NCBI GenBank assembly: GCA_964359155.1
Contig: CAYHRN010000001.1
Coordinates: 1-36,650, forward strand
Length of the DNA stretch: 36,650 nt
Source of the DNA: an uncultured Gammaproteobacteria bacterium
GTDB lineage: Bacteria; Patescibacteriota; Patescibacteriia; CAYHRN01
Reading direction: 5' to 3'
Shown here: one piece after another, positions 34,291-36,650 of the stretch
Position numbering within the stretch: the first letter of the stretch is position 1
Layout of the letters: every line of letters starts with the position of its first letter
The notes under the pieces: model-generated
Told to the model about the DNA's origin: nothing
The model's input: the letters and a program-made list of their open reading frames with translations, nothing else
Database searches by the model: none
Made by a program: the position numbers and the translations under genes

Positions 34291-34318
34291 AAATAAAAAG
34301 GCGGGCAAAATGCCCGCC
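34291..34318 (-). terminator. Intrinsic terminator of the pyrophosphatase gene
   Basis: Minus strand reads GGCGGGC-atttt-GCCCGCC followed by TTTTTATTT, directly after the stop at 34325. Confidence 0.7.
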
Positions 34319-34324
34319 TTCCTT

Positions 34325-36364
34325 TTACACAAACAATGGCGCAAGGACAAGGGTGAGCGTTGCAAGAAGTTTAATCAATACATGCAAGCTGGGGCCGGCG
34401 GTGTCTTTGAAAGGGTCGCCCACAGTATCGCCGGTAACCGCTGCTTTATGCGTATCGCTGCCCTTACCACCAAAATTACCTTCTTCAATCCATTTTTTCG
34501 CATTGTCCCATGCGCCACCCGCATTGTTAAAGTAGGTGGCCATAAGAATGCCGGCAATGGTGCCCACCATCAAAAGCCCAGCCTCTGCTTCGGCTCCCAG
34601 CCATATGCCAATAACAATCGGTACCACAATGGCTAATGCCCCAGGGAGCACCATTTCCTTTAAGGCCCCGCGGGTAGTAATATCAATGGCTTTGGAATAA
34701 TCTGGAAGTTCAGTGCCTTTCATAATACCAGGGTGTTCTTTAAATTGGCGGCGTACTTCGTTCACAATATAAAACGCAGCTTTACCTACGGCGCGAATAG
34801 CCAAAGAAGAAAATACAAATACCAAACCCGCACCCACTAGGCCACCCACAAACACTTCTACTTTTGCTAAGTCTACCGTTTCCAGTTTTGCTTCTTCTAA
34901 GTAGGCAGAAAAAAGTAAAAATGCCGCAAGCGCTGCGGAACCAATGGCGTACCCTTTGGTTAACGCTTTGGTGGTATTGCCCGCGGTGTCCAGTTTATCC
35001 ATGACTTTGCGGTACTCTTGTGCCTCGCCACTAAGCTCCACAATACCTGCGCCATTGTCGGTAATGGGGCCAAACGTGTCCATGGCCAAAATATACGCAG
35101 CTGTGGCAAGCATACCCATAGTGGCCATGGCCGTGCCATACAGTCCCCCGCCTTCTACCCCAGAATGAGTTCCCAGCCAATAGCTGGCCAAAAGCGCGCC
35201 GCCAATGGTAAGCACGGTTAAGCCCGTGCTCTCAAGCCCCACCGCAGTACCGGCAATAATATTGGTGCCATGCCCCGTGCGAGAAGCTTGAGTAATGCTG
35301 CTTACCGGCCTAAAGCGCCCTTCGGTGTAGTATTGAGTAATATACACAAATACTAAACTGGTAAGAATACCCACCACGCCGGCAGCAAAAAACCACATAT
35401 TGCCCAGGAGCAAAAATTTCGTGCAGAAATAAAACGCCACTACCGCAAGCGCAAGGGTTACATAGTAACCACGGTTCAGTGCGCTCATGGCAGGTTCATT
35501 CTCTTTCGCGCGTACACTAAAAATACCCACAATCGTGGCAAGTAACCCAAACGCACGAAGCACCAAGGGAAACAAAATGCCACCAACCCCAAATGTGGGG
35601 TAAAGTGCCGCGCCCAAAATCATAGCACCAATGTTTTCGGCTGCGGTGCTTTCAAAAAGATCTGCACCACGGCCTGCACAATCGCCCACATTGTCACCTA
35701 CTAAATCCGCAATCACGGCAGGGTTGCGGGGGTCATCTTCCGGAATACCTGCTTCAATTTTACCTACTAAGTCTGCGCCTACATCGGCTGCTTTGGTGTA
35801 AATGCCACCACCCAATTGCGCAAACAGCGCCACGAGCGACGCACCAAACCCATACCCTACTAACATGCCAGGAATGGCAGTCACTTCATAGCCAAAATAT
35901 TTATATACCAAGTACATTCCTGCAATACCAAGAAGCGATAAACTTACCACAATCAAACCAGTAATGGCACCGCCCTTGAGTGCCACTTGTAAGGCGGCAT
36001 TAAAACCATGTTTAGAAGCTGCCGCACTGCGTACATTGGCAATGGTGCTCATGACCATACCAATAATACCTGCCAAGGCGCTGGAGACGGCCCCCAGTAA
36101 AAGCGCCACCGCAGTTTGCCAGCCCAAGGTGGCGTTCCCGTTTCCTGCGTATACTGCATACATACCTGCGGCCAAAAGTAAGGTAATAAGGCCAATAGTT
36201 TTATATTGGCGTTTTACAAAGGCATTGCTGCCCTGGCGTATGGCTAATGCAACCTTTTGCATTTGCGCAGTGCCTTGTGGCTGGCGCTTGATCCAGTTAA
36301 TTAAAAATCCCACTACAGCGAGTGAGAACACCGAGATGCCAATAGGCAGGTATTCGAGGGTCAT
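34325..36364 (-). CDS. hppA: Membrane-bound proton/sodium-translocating pyrophosphatase
   Basis: About 679 aa from the ATG at 36364 ([13 protein letters not shown]...). Motifs [34 protein letters not shown] and [11 protein letters not shown]. The track's longer N-terminus is translated repeat sequence (IPAYAGMT). Confidence 0.9.
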   Translation of the reverse strand: MTLEYLPIGISVFSLAVVGFLINWIKRQPQGTAQMQKVALAIRQGSNAFVKRQYKTIGLITLLLAAGMYAVYAGNGNATLGWQTAVALLLGAVSSALAGIIGMVMSTIANVRSAAASKHGFNAALQVALKGGAITGLIVVSLSLLGIAGMYLVYKYFGYEVTAIPGMLVGYGFGASLVALFAQLGGGIYTKAADVGADLVGKIEAGIPEDDPRNPAVIADLVGDNVGDCAGRGADLFESTAAENIGAMILGAALYPTFGVGGILFPLVLRAFGLLATIVGIFSVRAKENEPAMSALNRGYYVTLALAVVAFYFCTKFLLLGNMWFFAAGVVGILTSLVFVYITQYYTEGRFRPVSSITQASRTGHGTNIIAGTAVGLESTGLTVLTIGGALLASYWLGTHSGVEGGGLYGTAMATMGMLATAAYILAMDTFGPITDNGAGIVELSGEAQEYRKVMDKLDTAGNTTKALTKGYAIGSAALAAFLLFSAYLEEAKLETVDLAKVEVFVGGLVGAGLVFVFSSLAIRAVGKAAFYIVNEVRRQFKEHPGIMKGTELPDYSKAIDITTRGALKEMVLPGALAIVVPIVIGIWLGAEAEAGLLMVGTIAGILMATYFNNAGGAWDNAKKWIEEGNFGGKGSDTHKAAVTGDTVGDPFKDTAGPSLHVLIKLLATLTLVLAPLFV

Positions 36365-36388
36365 AGGGTATTTATTTATTAAAAAAAA

Positions 36389-36504
36389 TGTCATTCCCGC
36401 GTAGGCGGGAATCCAGGCCCGTATTAACCTGGATTCCGGGGTTGCGCCGGCACATGCGCGTTGGTACGCGCAGTATCTCCTCACCTTCGTTCGTCGAGAT
36501 GACA
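36389..36504. repeat. TGTCAT-family palindromic element of about 116 bp upstream of hppA
   Basis: The left end is tgtcattcccgcgtaggcgggaatccagg. A 10-bp stem ggaatccagg/cctggattcc spans 36408-36437. A tgcgcg/cgcgca hairpin follows. The right end reverse complement, tgtcatctcgacgaacgaaggtgag, resembles the 30512 unit. Confidence 0.6.
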
Positions 36505-36650
36505 AAATAACTCTACCTATTTCCCAGCATTTTTGCAAATTATGTTGGCATTGACGAGATTATTTTAAAGTGTCCTTATATTTTATAGCTGGTGCCCTGA
36601 ATTCACCCCTCAATTAGGACACTCTCTCTTGAATTAATTTCATACTACCC

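Noticed and set aside
36365-36538. N-terminal 58 residues of the 737-aa hppA track ORF.
   Set aside because: They are encoded by the TGTCAT repeat element (IPAYAGMT). The conserved pyrophosphatase N-terminus begins at the ATG at 36364.
36569-36623. 8-bp inverted repeat AGTGTCCT/AGGACACT with a loop of about 40 nt near the window end; checked for a tRNA or terminator.
   Set aside because: No cloverleaf can be drawn and there is no T-run. It is too close to the window edge to interpret.
1-36650. Looked for CRISPR arrays, rRNA genes, reverse transcriptase/DGR or retron components, integrases and large IS elements.
   Set aside because: I found no regularly spaced direct repeats, no rRNA-like conserved stretches and no RT or integrase motifs in any long ORF. 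The only transposase-like gene is the RAYT.

Overview
The window reads as a compact, strongly strand-biased bacterial chromosome segment; almost every gene is on the minus strand. By hand count it is roughly mid-40s % GC. The gene content resembles a Patescibacteria/CPR (Parcubacteria-like) genome, but that is an inference from content, not a database hit. Recognisable content falls into six groups. (1) A cell-envelope block with a GT4 glycosyltransferase, mreB, a DUF4012 protein, two GT2 genes, RNase J, tRNA-Leu(CAG), a family-5 ABC substrate-binding protein, secG and a DsbA-like oxidoreductase. (2) A short dcw cluster, mraZ-rsmH-ftsL-ftsI-murF, with a clear promoter and a phased MraZ-box array. 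(3) An anomalous 2.9 kb segment (about 15.64-18.43 kb) holding a vapBC module, two unknown small genes, one further GC3-rich small gene and two hairpin-dense GC-rich noncoding blocks. (4) An MFS transporter, an S8 protease and a glycan-synthesis block: GT2, DUF2304, GT2, a UXS-like decarboxylase, a GalE-like epimerase, a GT-RmlD fusion and RmlA. (5) A two-ORF ComEC. (6) prfB with the classical +1 frameshift, a RAYT (IS200/Y1-type) transposase flanked by GTAG-hairpin REP elements, and a membrane H+-pyrophosphatase. Two families of short palindromic intergenic repeats are present. I saw no rRNA, CRISPR array or large mobile element. The best candidate for something undescribed is the chimeric vapB-vapC-orf123-Zn-ribbon cassette together with the flanking structured GC-rich RNA-like blocks. 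Their function cannot be assigned from sequence alone.
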